42,545 nt of DNA, taken from the UHGV virus genome UHGV-0212520; one strand, written 5' to 3'. This DNA is from a virus. Below the pieces are notes generated by a model that saw nothing but the letters and a program-made list of their open reading frames with translations, ran no database searches and was not told the origin of the DNA. Each line of letters starts with the position of its first letter. The first letter of the stretch is position 1. Of the stretch, positions 32,732-42,542 are shown in pieces. The translations under genes were made by a program, and so were the position numbers.

Positions 32732-35277
32732 TCCTGCACTACACGCGAAACGCCGACGGTGCTTTTGACCGTACAAAACACGTCGGGATGCCGATGGAGT
32801 TTGTCGTTAACCGTATCCCGGACGGCGTGCCTGTGCGCGTCTACCTCGGCGAGATTGGTGATGATACAGACGTAACGGACGACTTCGACGCGCTTAAAGA
32901 TGAAGACGCTGTGTACCACATTATTGAGGGTGCCGGTAGCGGGGCGCTCGGTGCAGTTAGTAAGGTGTTTGGCTTTATCCTTAAGCCGATTGCTAAGTTG
33001 TTCGGGCTGAACACGGCGGCCAACGCCAACTACACCGCGACCAACAATCAGACAACGTCACCGAATAACAGCCTAACAGACCGCTCAAACAAACCGCGCC
33101 CTTACGAGCGCTCCTATGACATCTGCGGTACTGTGCAGACAATCCCTAATGACCTGATGCAGACGTACAAGGCGTTCAACTCCACTGGTGCTTTGCTGGA
33201 GTATTCGTATTATGACGCGGGGCGCGGGCATCTGCATATCGAGGCTGATGGCGTCACAGAAGGCGACACCCTGATAAGCGACATCACAGGGTCCTCTGTT
33301 GCCGTGTATGCGCCGTATACGTCACCGAATAACACCACATCGCCTCAACTACAAATAGGGGACGTCATTGACCAGAAACTCTATGTGACATACTCCAACG
33401 ACGACGTTGACGGTATTGTACTAAAAGCGCCAAACGACATCGGGGCTAACCCAAGCGCCGACGGCACAGCTAAACGTATTTCAACCACCGGCTACATCTA
33501 TGACCCGTCAGGTGACTCTGCTTTTTCTGAGTTTCTTAGCGTCGGTGATGTCGCGGTGCTGAGCAACTTTGATGTTGCTGACATCACTAACCTGAACGGC
33601 TCGTTTGAGGTTTTATACGTTGACGACTTTGAGGTTCGGTTGTATGTCGGGGATATAGGTAACTGGGGTAACCTTAATAACGGAGAGACTTACGCACTTA
33701 CAGAGCGTTCTGATACGTTTATCGGCCCTAGCAACACCTATGACGTGTCCCTGACCGACTGGTATTACATGGTGCGCGGGGAAGTTGACCGGGTGCTTGC
33801 TAACGTTGCCGGGCAGAACGGCCTCTACAAATACGACGGCGGCTATAACCGCACCAGCGTAACGGTGGAACTCCAGTACCAGATGATTGATTCTCAGCGC
33901 AACCCGTTGAGCGATATTTACACGGTACAGGCCACAATTACAGGTAACAATACTGACTACGTCGGCACGTCTATCTACGGGCAATTGCCTACTGCATCGC
34001 GTTTCCGCGCCCGTATGCGTCGTATAACGAATTTCGATACGGACTACGACGGAACGGTAAGTGACGAGATAACCTTCATCAACCTTTATGGGCAGTCTCG
34101 GGACACAACACCGCATTACGGCAACAGGACAACGGTGCATTGCGCCCGTAAACAGACGCCGCGCGCCGCCAGTATCGACAACCCGGAACTGCGCATGATT
34201 GCAACCGAGATGTGTTACAAATATCTAGGCAATGGGGTGTTCGATACGGTAATGACTCCCAATACGCGGGCTGTTCAGTCACTAATCAGACTGGCGCGCG
34301 ACCCGGCGGTGGGTAATCTGGAACTGACAACGGCAAACATGGACAAGTTACTCGCCGTGCAGGAAGAGATTGAGTCCTATTTTGGCAGCGAATTAGTGGG
34401 GCAGTTCTGCTACACGTTCGACGACTACGACACCACTATGCAGGACATCGTTCAGACCATAGCGGAAGCCGTGTTCTGTACTGCGTACCGTAAAGGTGCG
34501 GATATTATGTTGCGCTTCGACCGTCCGGTTGCAGGGCCTGAAATGGTGTTCACGCACCGAAGCAAAACGACAGGTACGGAGAAATGGACCCGCACGTTCA
34601 ACGATTCGACAACCTACGATAGCCTGTCATTCTCGTACATTGACCCAGATACAAACGTACAGGAGACGATTTATATCCCGGAAGAACTCGGCGCAAACAC
34701 CGAGGAATACGAATCGAAGGGCGTTCGTAACTATCAGCAGGCGTACTGGCTGGCGTGGCGTCGCTACCAACGCAATGCGTTAAGTAAAGTTGTTGTAGAG
34801 TTCGAAGCTACGGAAGAAGGCGCTCTTGCCACCCCCGGAGGGGTAATCAGCGTGGTTAAAGGTTCACGTATTGCACCACAGGATGGTTATGTTGTTGCCG
34901 TTAATGGTCTTACACTTACGCTATCCCGGCCTGTTACGTTTACTCCAGGCGATGACCACTCCATCATTCTTAAGAAGCGCGATGGCTCGGTGCAGAGTAT
35001 CTCCGTTATCAAAGGAAGCCACGACCGCGAAGTGGTTATGCTCTCTGCGCCGGAGGAGGCAATCTACACGGGGAATAGTGCGCTAAAAACTGAGTTTTCA
35101 TTCGGCAACGAAGCAAGGCATAATGCTCAGAAGATAGTTGTTTCTTCAATCGACCCGGGCGACGACCGCACGGTCAAGATCACTGGTTACAACTATGACG
35201 ACGGATTCTATAAATACGACGGCGTCGCGCCATACGGCAGCGGTTTCTCCGACGGATTCGGCAATGGTTTTAATTAA
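32722..35277 (+). CDS. Tail tip/central fibre protein (gpJ-like host-specificity protein)
   Basis: 851 aa large ORF after the gpK-like gene; start codon uncertain (the track uses TTG 32722). Confidence 0.55.
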   Translation: MAIILHYTRNADGAFDRTKHVGMPMEFVVNRIPDGVPVRVYLGEIGDDTDVTDDFDALKDEDAVYHIIEGAGSGALGAVSKVFGFILKPIAKLFGLNTAANANYTATNNQTTSPNNSLTDRSNKPRPYERSYDICGTVQTIPNDLMQTYKAFNSTGALLEYSYYDAGRGHLHIEADGVTEGDTLISDITGSSVAVYAPYTSPNNTTSPQLQIGDVIDQKLYVTYSNDDVDGIVLKAPNDIGANPSADGTAKRISTTGYIYDPSGDSAFSEFLSVGDVAVLSNFDVADITNLNGSFEVLYVDDFEVRLYVGDIGNWGNLNNGETYALTERSDTFIGPSNTYDVSLTDWYYMVRGEVDRVLANVAGQNGLYKYDGGYNRTSVTVELQYQMIDSQRNPLSDIYTVQATITGNNTDYVGTSIYGQLPTASRFRARMRRITNFDTDYDGTVSDEITFINLYGQSRDTTPHYGNRTTVHCARKQTPRAASIDNPELRMIATEMCYKYLGNGVFDTVMTPNTRAVQSLIRLARDPAVGNLELTTANMDKLLAVQEEIESYFGSELVGQFCYTFDDYDTTMQDIVQTIAEAVFCTAYRKGADIMLRFDRPVAGPEMVFTHRSKTTGTEKWTRTFNDSTTYDSLSFSYIDPDTNVQETIYIPEELGANTEEYESKGVRNYQQAYWLAWRRYQRNALSKVVVEFEATEEGALATPGGVISVVKGSRIAPQDGYVVAVNGLTLTLSRPVTFTPGDDHSIILKKRDGSVQSISVIKGSHDREVVMLSAPEEAIYTGNSALKTEFSFGNEARHNAQKIVVSSIDPGDDRTVKITGYNYDDGFYKYDGVAPYGSGFSDGFGNGFN

Positions 35278-35289
35278 AGAGGACTCTAT

Positions 35290-37527
35290 ATGTCAAGCGG
35301 ATGCGGTGACGTTTTAAGCCTGGCGGATTTACAAACCGCCAAGAAACACCAGATTTTTGAAGCTGAGGTTATTACAGGGCGCCAGGGTGGGGTGGCTAGT
35401 GGTGATTTCATTGACTATGCCACTAATCAGGTTACTGGTCAGACGCAGAAGACGTTACCCGCAATACTGCGAGATGCGGGTTTTAGACCTGCCAATTTTA
35501 CATTTCAAACTGGCGGAACGTTAGCCGTTAATGACGCAGATAAAGTTGTTTTGTGGCCGGAGTCTGGCGGTGGCGACGGGATGTATTATATTTGGCGCGG
35601 CACTCTTCCTAAGGTTATACCGGCGGGGTCATCACCCGAATCAACAGGTGGCGTCTCTTCGTCTGCGTGGGAGCCTTTTGCTAAAGAGGCCGATAATATT
35701 CCGGCTCAGGTAGGATATAACAACGGCCTGGTATATCCTACGACTTATGCGGACTCTATCGACATAGGGGATACCATACCGACAGGGACACGATTCATCC
35801 GGGTCAACGGCAACATGTTTATGACCGCAACGGCGCTAACAGCGCCTATTGTGGTGTCGTCATTTGACTCTACGGTTATTAATGGGTCGACCGAACTTTT
35901 TCCTTTGGCGTTCTATAATGAGGTTAATTCTGGGTGGAAAGTTGCACAGAACGATGCTCAGCTCAGTAGATTATTACCGTTAGCGGGTAATATCGCTATC
36001 TCCTACAGTCCTGTACAAGTTGAGGGTATATTCACCATTCAGGGAGATATTCACCTTAAACCATTATTACCAAAAGTGACAGTAGATTCTCGCCAGTTCT
36101 GGCTGCGTTCACCGAGAACATGGAACGAAACAAATCAGGAATATGACTATACGCCGTATGACTATACGCCGTATGACATCCGCATTGTCGGCAACTTCCT
36201 GTTCGATTTCTACCGACAGGATGCGTCATTTGACCCTGGGGTTGGGCTAGCTATGCAATCAGCTGGCACTCTTGAGCTTTCAGGGTGTGAATTGCAGGGG
36301 GCATGGAATAGCAACGTAACGATGGATTATGGAAGATGGGTTCTTGCCGATAATCTGTACTCACATGATTGTGGTCGTGGGAAAATTCAAGATCCAGATG
36401 GCAGCAACCGCACTGGCATGGCTATCATTGTTAATGACCCTACAGAGGCGCACGTCCATCATATCCGTTGCAGAAACACTTGGGCCTCATCTTTGTTCTT
36501 CTCATCACACCGGCCAAACCGTACTCTTAATCTTATGATTCACGATGTGAGCATTAATACCTCTGGCGGTAACGGTTTGCGTGTTCAATCAGACGACCTT
36601 GTGAACGGAAGCGGGGAAGGGACAGCTATTACAAGAGTTAACATAAACGCCGCCACAATCAAAAACTGTGAAAGCCACGGGCTTCGTGGGAATTTCCGTA
36701 ATGGAGTAGTTACTGGACTATATGTAGAAAGTTCGAATGCAGGTGTCGCAATTGAAGGAGCTAGTGACGTATCCTACGATAACGTTGTTATTCGTAACTG
36801 CTCGCAGGGTTTGTTATGCCGCTTCTATCCGGTAGAAAACACAAGGATGCGTTTTTCTAACTTCTTGATATCAGGTTGCTCTGCTGAAGCTGTTTATTTT
36901 TTGAGAAACTCAGCCAATACCACGACTAATCTTGCCGACATCGAGTTTGACGGCATTACGATACACGCACTTGCAAATGGTGCAAAAGGGTTTGTTTTCA
37001 ACGGTGGGCCTGCTGCGGTGCCAACCACAGATTTAACATTAAAAAATGTTCGCATAGTAGGCGCTTACCCTAACACAGAAAATGGGCATTATATCGTCAT
37101 CATTAACTGCCGCCACATAGAGGTTGATAATGTGAACTTGAGGGGGTGCAATGGAAGCGCAGAATCTTATTTACAAGCACTAGCCACACAGAGTGTTATT
37201 GTTAACAGGCTGGTAGCTGTGCAACCATTCGGGACAGTTAACAGGCCAATATATACAAATGGTAGTGGTTCTGACGCTATAGTGAACATTACGAACTGTG
37301 TGGCCCCTGACACAACCACAGGTAGTATTGGGTACAACCCTGTACCAACAAAACGTTATGAGGCTAACAACCAGTTTGCCAATAGCGAAAACCCGCAACA
37401 GTTTCCGTTCACTAACGCGGCAACACGTCGCGGGGGAGATGTAAACACGCTAACAACCGCACAACTAGCAAACATAGTTGCAACTTTGATAAATGATATT
37501 AGTCTAGGGAAGTTTGTAGTCAGATAG
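35290..37527 (+). CDS. Tailspike/tail fibre with predicted right-handed beta-helix (likely polysaccharide depolymerase)
   Basis: 745 aa; repeated short motifs NCSQG, NCESHG, GCSAE, INCRH, RGCNGS and many N/G/T/V-rich repeats; last structural gene. Confidence 0.6.
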   Translation: MSSGCGDVLSLADLQTAKKHQIFEAEVITGRQGGVASGDFIDYATNQVTGQTQKTLPAILRDAGFRPANFTFQTGGTLAVNDADKVVLWPESGGGDGMYYIWRGTLPKVIPAGSSPESTGGVSSSAWEPFAKEADNIPAQVGYNNGLVYPTTYADSIDIGDTIPTGTRFIRVNGNMFMTATALTAPIVVSSFDSTVINGSTELFPLAFYNEVNSGWKVAQNDAQLSRLLPLAGNIAISYSPVQVEGIFTIQGDIHLKPLLPKVTVDSRQFWLRSPRTWNETNQEYDYTPYDYTPYDIRIVGNFLFDFYRQDASFDPGVGLAMQSAGTLELSGCELQGAWNSNVTMDYGRWVLADNLYSHDCGRGKIQDPDGSNRTGMAIIVNDPTEAHVHHIRCRNTWASSLFFSSHRPNRTLNLMIHDVSINTSGGNGLRVQSDDLVNGSGEGTAITRVNINAATIKNCESHGLRGNFRNGVVTGLYVESSNAGVAIEGASDVSYDNVVIRNCSQGLLCRFYPVENTRMRFSNFLISGCSAEAVYFLRNSANTTTNLADIEFDGITIHALANGAKGFVFNGGPAAVPTTDLTLKNVRIVGAYPNTENGHYIVIINCRHIEVDNVNLRGCNGSAESYLQALATQSVIVNRLVAVQPFGTVNRPIYTNGSGSDAIVNITNCVAPDTTTGSIGYNPVPTKRYEANNQFANSENPQQFPFTNAATRRGGDVNTLTTAQLANIVATLINDISLGKFVVR
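36142..36177 (+). repeat. In-frame 15-bp tandem duplication (2.4 copies) inside the tailspike gene
   Basis: tatgactatacgccg at 36142-36156 and 36157-36171, then tatgac; encodes YDYTPYDYTPYD. Confidence 0.85.
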
Positions 37528-37529
37528 CC

Positions 37530-37560
37530 AACAAGGCCCCAAAACGGGGCCTTTTCTCTA
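37530..37560. terminator. Bidirectional intrinsic terminator (AAGGCCCC-N5-GGGGCCTT family)
   Basis: caaggccccaaaacggggccttttctc. Confidence 0.65.
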
Positions 37561-37695
37561 CTCTTCGGATAACTTCTCCAGTACAAACGCCAGTTGCGCA
37601 TTAGCGGCATCTCTCTGTTGTCGTAGTCGTAGAACCTCTTCCTCGAGTTCCTTGATACGTTTTTGCAATGCTGGGATCGGGGCTATGATGTTCAT
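37558..37695 (-). CDS. Small coiled-coil protein (45 aa)
   Basis: ATG 37695 overlapping helicase stop; MNIIAPIPALQKRIKELEEEVLRLRQQRDAANAQLAFVLEKLSEE; not in track (<60 aa). Confidence 0.35.
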   Translation of the reverse strand: MNIIAPIPALQKRIKELEEEVLRLRQQRDAANAQLAFVLEKLSEE

Positions 37696-39116
37696 TTCTT
37701 ACCTCGTCTCTTCATGTAATTAAGCAACTCTTCCTGTACCGATTTCTTCTCGTCAGTGCGCGCGGCAACAACCTCGTCCAGCGTGTCTTTAGCGACGATG
37801 TGATAGAGGAACACCGGGCGCTCGTGCCCTGCCTGTTTCTGGCGGACCGGGCCTATACGCTCAACGACCTGCAAATAGTGCTCAAGGTTCCACCCTTGCG
37901 AAATAAACGCCAGATGGTGCCCGCCGTCCTGTAAATTCAAACCATGCCCGGCTGACGCAGGGTGCACGCACAAGATTTCGATTTCACCTCGGTTCCACGC
38001 TTCCATCTGCTTATTACCCTTCGCACCTTTTGCAAACGCCTGTGCTTGTGGGAATCGCTTAAGGATGCGCTCAAGTTCGTGCTTAAACTGGTAGGCCACT
38101 AACAGTGGCGCGCCCTGCAACTCCTCGACAATGGACTCCAGCGCATCCAGTTTCGTGTCGTGTACTTTCTCCCAGTCTTTCGTTGCTTCTCCGTCCGGCC
38201 CTGATACATACACGGCACCAGATGCGATCTGCAAGCACTTAGATGTTTTCGCCGCAGCGTTAGCTGCTTCAACTTCTCCGCTCTCCAGTTCCGCGAATAA
38301 CTTCTCCTCCATATCGATGTACGCCTGGCGCGCTTTCTTCGGCAGGTCTATTTCAACCGGTACGATAGTCGGCGCTTCACAACCGAACCACTCGGCAGCG
38401 TCAATTGTGAGACTGATGTCCTTCATCCTCTGATGAATCTCATTATCCGCGCCTGGGCGCACCCGATACCTTCGCGCCATCGCCGATTTGCCCTCCTGTA
38501 CCGAGTTAAACCAGCGGTCGGTGAATGCTGTGTATGAAGAACCCAGGCGCTCGCCAGCGTCGATAAACCAGTTCTGACCCCACAAGTCTTTGAGTCCGTT
38601 TGGTGACGGCGTACCAGTCAGGTTAATGAACCGCTTAACCTTACCGAACGCCACTTTACTAAGCGCCTTTGCTCGCTTGCTGCCTCCAGAACGGCTGCGG
38701 AATGATTTTAGTTTCGTGCTTTCATCGGCAACGATAACGGTAAAAGGCCAGTCGTCTTTGCCGTAGTAGTCAATCAGCCACTCGATAACTTCGTAGTTAG
38801 TGCACACCACGTTAGCATCAGACTCCAGGGCCGCGATGCGGCGCTTCTCTGAACCGGTTGCGTCTACGACACGCAGACAAGGAAATTGCCATTTCTCTTG
38901 TTCTGCGGGCCATGTACCTGATGCAACGCGCAACGGGGCGAGAATTAACACGCGGTCGTCGTCCGTAAGTTGGCCGTTGCGGAACAGCCGGTTTAATGCC
39001 CACATTGTCGACGAGGTCTTGCCGCCGCCCATACCGCACCAGATATTGCAACGTGGGTGCTGTAGCATAAACGACGTCATTATTTTCTGATATTCCCTGC
39101 GCCTAAACTTACTCAT
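37692..39116 (-). CDS. SNF2/DEAD-like superfamily 2 DNA helicase
   Basis: 474 aa; motif I CGMGGGKTSST, motif II VIVADESTKLK, C-terminal helicase region HPASAGHGLNLQ...QVVERIGPVRQ. Confidence 0.65.
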   Translation of the reverse strand: MSKFRRREYQKIMTSFMLQHPRCNIWCGMGGGKTSSTMWALNRLFRNGQLTDDDRVLILAPLRVASGTWPAEQEKWQFPCLRVVDATGSEKRRIAALESDANVVCTNYEVIEWLIDYYGKDDWPFTVIVADESTKLKSFRSRSGGSKRAKALSKVAFGKVKRFINLTGTPSPNGLKDLWGQNWFIDAGERLGSSYTAFTDRWFNSVQEGKSAMARRYRVRPGADNEIHQRMKDISLTIDAAEWFGCEAPTIVPVEIDLPKKARQAYIDMEEKLFAELESGEVEAANAAAKTSKCLQIASGAVYVSGPDGEATKDWEKVHDTKLDALESIVEELQGAPLLVAYQFKHELERILKRFPQAQAFAKGAKGNKQMEAWNRGEIEILCVHPASAGHGLNLQDGGHHLAFISQGWNLEHYLQVVERIGPVRQKQAGHERPVFLYHIVAKDTLDEVVAARTDEKKSVQEELLNYMKRRGKK

Positions 39117-39610
39117 GCCTTGAACTCCCCGAAGTATATTTCTGCGGCTCTTTGGTATACGCGCGACGCTTCTTCTATAGTGTCAAAATAGCCAAGGTGG
39201 ATGTATATGTTATTGACGCCTATTCTGGCGCGCCACCTGCCCGATGGTATTTGGTAAACCCCTATCGCGCCGCTGGTGTTATGCGAGGTGCAGTCGCGGT
39301 TCTGAATCTGCTGGCTCCTTGTTGCGGGCCTTATATTATTTATGGCGTTATTGGCCCTGTTACGGTCTTTATGGTCAAGCTCACCATTGTGATATTCCCC
39401 GTAGACGAAAGCCCATGCCAGATGGTGGGCTTTTATTCTTACACCGGAGACTGTAATAACTATGTATCCTTTGTCGTTTGGCCCTCCGGCTACCTCCCCA
39501 GCATTTCTCCCTTTTATGCTTACTTTTCGTGTAAATATACCTGTTTCGGGGTCATAGTTAAGAAGACGTTTCGCCTCCTCAATATCGGGTCTTCTATTGA
39601 ATTTACTCAT
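39113..39610 (-). CDS. HNH homing endonuclease with AP2 DNA-binding domain
   Basis: 165 aa; HHLAWAFVYGEYHNGELDHKDRNRANNAINNIRPATRSQQ (HNH_3-like) followed by IGVYQIPSGRWRARIG...GYFDTIEEASRVYQRAAEIYFGEF (AP2-like). Confidence 0.7.
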   Translation of the reverse strand: MSKFNRRPDIEEAKRLLNYDPETGIFTRKVSIKGRNAGEVAGGPNDKGYIVITVSGVRIKAHHLAWAFVYGEYHNGELDHKDRNRANNAINNIRPATRSQQIQNRDCTSHNTSGAIGVYQIPSGRWRARIGVNNIYIHLGYFDTIEEASRVYQRAAEIYFGEFKA

Positions 39611-39798
39611 TTCAGCACCAGAACTAACTCTTTACGCCCGAACGCCGTAACGTTGCCTGTTACATCTTCAATAACTAGCTTACCGTTCGACTCGACGAAC
39701 ACCGTATCAACGGCAACAGGTCGGCGTGTCTTAACGTTGAAAATAATGTCGCCAGGTACGATGTCACGTGCTGGTTTGCGGTCATATTCGTATTTCAT
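39607..39798 (-). CDS. Hypothetical protein
   Basis: 63 aa; RBS AAGGAA; first gene after promoter A3. Confidence 0.45.
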   Translation of the reverse strand: MKYEYDRKPARDIVPGDIIFNVKTRRPVAVDTVFVESNGKLVIEDVTGNVTAFGRKELVLVLK

Positions 39799-39809
39799 TT
39801 CTCAATTCC

Positions 39810-40181
39810 TTATATTGTTGGTGTATGGCTACTATAATAGTTCGCTATTAGGCCGTCAACCTGTTTAAACGACCCAACGACAAAAACATTCGCGCCGCGT
39901 TTACGCATCCGCTCGTGCTCACGTAACTGGTGCGTGTCTGGCTTCGTGTTTTCGTCTTTCTTAACCTCAACGAACCAGACGATGCCGCCTGGGAGAAGTA
40001 CCAGCAGGTCGGGAGCGCCGGAACGCCCCTCGTACGACAATTTGCGTACGAGGCCCCCCAGGGCCTCGAATCGCTCTTTTGCGTATTTCTGAATCTTGCC
40101 CTCAGGCGTACTCATCCACACACCCCTCACGTTTCGTATGCGCAATCCCGCAGCGCGGACAGATTCGGCAGTCTTCTCCAT
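39810..40181 (-). CDS. VRR-NUC domain nuclease (PD-(D/E)xK fold)
   Basis: 123 aa; GAPDLLVLLPGGIVWFVEVKK matches the D...E-x-K core of VRR-NUC proteins. Confidence 0.55.
   Translation of the reverse strand: MEKTAESVRAAGLRIRNVRGVWMSTPEGKIQKYAKERFEALGGLVRKLSYEGRSGAPDLLVLLPGGIVWFVEVKKDENTKPDTHQLREHERMRKRGANVFVVGSFKQVDGLIANYYSSHTPTI
39831..39859 (-). promoter_or_regulatory. sigma70-like promoter, family A copy 3 (TTGACG-N17-TATAGT on minus strand)
   Basis: Reverse complement: TTGACG gcctaatagcgaactat TATAGT; embedded in the 3' end of the VRR-NUC gene. Confidence 0.5.
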
Positions 40182-40317
40182 AGAACCAGTAAATTTTCAT
40201 TCCAGCACCCACAGATAAATTGCGATGAACATACCCAATACAGCGACAATCATTCCGTATTGGCCCTCGTGACAGTAGACACCAGCAGCAAATCCCGCCA
40301 GTACCGCGATAATCAGT

Positions 40318-42498
40318 TTACTTAGCGTAGCGCTTCATCTCCGCACCTTCCGCTACAAGAGGGAATCCCTCGGCCCATTCCGGTAATTCGCACATCAATC
40401 GCTCTAGCTCTGCAACATTGTATTCCGGTAAATCTGGTGTCTCGCAGATAATCTCATCGTGAACATGAAGTACAATCGGGTAGCCGTTTGCTTCGACGTT
40501 CAGTAGGGCATTAGCCAGCAAATCACGGCACAACGCCTGGGTGCAGTTTTCCACCAGTTTACCGGAGTAGGTGTACTGGAAGCCCCACTGACGGGTTAAC
40601 TGGTTTTCTCCCTGGTACTTGATGCGCACGTTAGTAGACACCTTTCCATCTTCGTCTGTCTCTTTCGACACGCTTAATCCGACGCCCGGGTAAGACATAA
40701 CTCGGCCTGACGGCAACGTCATACGCAACCACCAACCTGCGACTTTGTTGCCGTTGTTGTCTGTTTCTACGTTACGCGAAAACTTAACCCCCCGCGGCCC
40801 TGCGGTGAACTCTTTACCCGGGTTGCGGATAGCCGCCATAGCCGCGTCTTCAATATCCCGCCAGAAAGCTACTGTTTCCGGGTGAGACTCGCGCCACATG
40901 CGCTTGATAGCGTCACATGTACGCCACACTTTCTTATCAAGAATATACGATGGTCGGTCATCCTTTTCACCGGGACGCGGGGGTCGCTTTGCTTCCTGAA
41001 TACGCGCCCACTCATAGCCTCGCGCGGTAGCGGCCCAGATGTGGTCGGGGAAAGTACCGTCCATCGTTTTAGCCATATCAACAAGGTCAAGGCCGAGGTT
41101 CTTGGCGAACTGTACGAATGCGCCGACACCGCCCGCGTAACCTAGGCCCAGTTCGCAGGCTTTACCAATCTGGCGTAAGTCTTTACGTTCTTTCTTGATG
41201 TAATCCGGCTCCATGCCAAACATCTTACCTGCGGTTACGCAGTAAATATCCAGCCCGGCGCGGAACGTATCGAGCGCGGTTTCTTCTCCCGCCAGCCATG
41301 CCAAACCGCGGCCTTCAACGTTAGAGTAATCGGCAACGACAAACTTATGTCCGACTTCGGGTATGATGCAGCTACGAACCGTCGATGCCGTTAGCTTGGC
41401 TACATCGAAACGCCGATGCGCGCGGCCCTTAAGTAACGCAGAAATGCCCTTATCCAGTTCATCATCGTGATAGTACCCGCGCGCCAGGTTCTGCGGCTGG
41501 AAGCCTTTACCCGCAAACCGTAACGTACGCTTGGCCCCACCGTACTGTATGCAACCGCGACGGCGGTCGTCTGACGAGCGGCCCAACAGCAGCGGGTTAT
41601 ATTTCGTTGACGCGGTGGACGCGGCCCCGAGGCGCATTTCGATAATCGTGCGGGCGTCGTCAGGTAAGTCGTCATCCGCCAGCAGGTCATTCAGCGTCGA
41701 CTTCTGAGCGTTGTGGATGCGGTGCGCGGGGGCGAGTTCACGCAAAATAGGAAGGAAATCATTTCCGGTAAGCGAGCCGCCGTATTTGCGTCGGGCTTCT
41801 TCCTGTAACTGCGCTTTGTGTTTTTCCACGGCTTCAATCGCAGCTTCCGCCAGCGCCACATCAACCTTAAACCCTCGGTCATTAATTAACTGATCCAGTT
41901 CCAGTACACGGTCCTCGAACTCTGAGTTACCCCAACGCGGCAGCTTATGGAAGACTTCACGCATCGCAGTGATGTCGCTCACGGCGTACTTGATGAACAG
42001 CGCCCACTCGTCCGGGTGCGTTTCCGCGGTGTAGCGTCTGATTTTGTAGTTCTTCGGTGTCGGTTTAGAAAAACGCTGAATCAGTGCCTTGCCGCGTTTG
42101 TCTTTCGCATTGTCCGCGGACACGCCCAGCACTTCGCACAGCGCATCAAGAGACCCCGGCAGCGCGTGACGAAACGCCCAAATCATTGTATCAATGGTGT
42201 TGCTTACGGGGATATCGAAGCCCCAGCAGTGTTTCATTATGAGCCTATCGAAAAGTCCACCGTTGTGCCATACCATCTTGATGCGGCTGTTGGGCTTAAC
42301 CAGGCGACGTAGTGCGCGATGCAAATCCCCCGGCATGTCGCTGCCGTCGGTGCAATCCCATACCTGTACAGGCTCGTCACCAAAAGCATAGGTACAGATT
42401 AGCACTTCGGTAGTTGGGTGTTCGGCGTAAGCATAGGAACCGACTTTCTTCAAATCGGCTTCGGAGAATGTTTCAAAGTCTAAGAACAGGTAACTCAT
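40318..42498 (-). CDS. Family A DNA polymerase with N-terminal 3'-5' exonuclease domain
   Basis: 726 aa; exo motif LFLDFETFS; pol motif A ADYSNVEGRGLAWLAGEE, motif B RKDLRQIGKACELGLGYAGG, motif C VLHVHDEIICE. Confidence 0.85.
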   Translation of the reverse strand: MSYLFLDFETFSEADLKKVGSYAYAEHPTTEVLICTYAFGDEPVQVWDCTDGSDMPGDLHRALRRLVKPNSRIKMVWHNGGLFDRLIMKHCWGFDIPVSNTIDTMIWAFRHALPGSLDALCEVLGVSADNAKDKRGKALIQRFSKPTPKNYKIRRYTAETHPDEWALFIKYAVSDITAMREVFHKLPRWGNSEFEDRVLELDQLINDRGFKVDVALAEAAIEAVEKHKAQLQEEARRKYGGSLTGNDFLPILRELAPAHRIHNAQKSTLNDLLADDDLPDDARTIIEMRLGAASTASTKYNPLLLGRSSDDRRRGCIQYGGAKRTLRFAGKGFQPQNLARGYYHDDELDKGISALLKGRAHRRFDVAKLTASTVRSCIIPEVGHKFVVADYSNVEGRGLAWLAGEETALDTFRAGLDIYCVTAGKMFGMEPDYIKKERKDLRQIGKACELGLGYAGGVGAFVQFAKNLGLDLVDMAKTMDGTFPDHIWAATARGYEWARIQEAKRPPRPGEKDDRPSYILDKKVWRTCDAIKRMWRESHPETVAFWRDIEDAAMAAIRNPGKEFTAGPRGVKFSRNVETDNNGNKVAGWWLRMTLPSGRVMSYPGVGLSVSKETDEDGKVSTNVRIKYQGENQLTRQWGFQYTYSGKLVENCTQALCRDLLANALLNVEANGYPIVLHVHDEIICETPDLPEYNVAELERLMCELPEWAEGFPLVAEGAEMKRYAK

Positions 42499-42514
42499 TA
42501 TTTTCGACCCTTAG

Positions 42515-42542
42515 TAAAAAGGCCCAATGAAGGGCCTTAGTT
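42515..42542. terminator. GC hairpin of the AAGGCCC-N-GGGCCTT family at the window end
   Basis: aaaaggcccaatgaagggccttagtt; lies upstream of the pol start on the minus strand, so its role (terminator of an upstream operon or processing site) depends on sequence beyond the window. Confidence 0.4.

Noticed and set aside
40182-40320. Tiny hydrophobic ORF between VRR-NUC and DNA polymerase genes
   Set aside because: Only an 18-codon ATG frame (or a non-canonical start) and no RBS; too short and unsupported to call.
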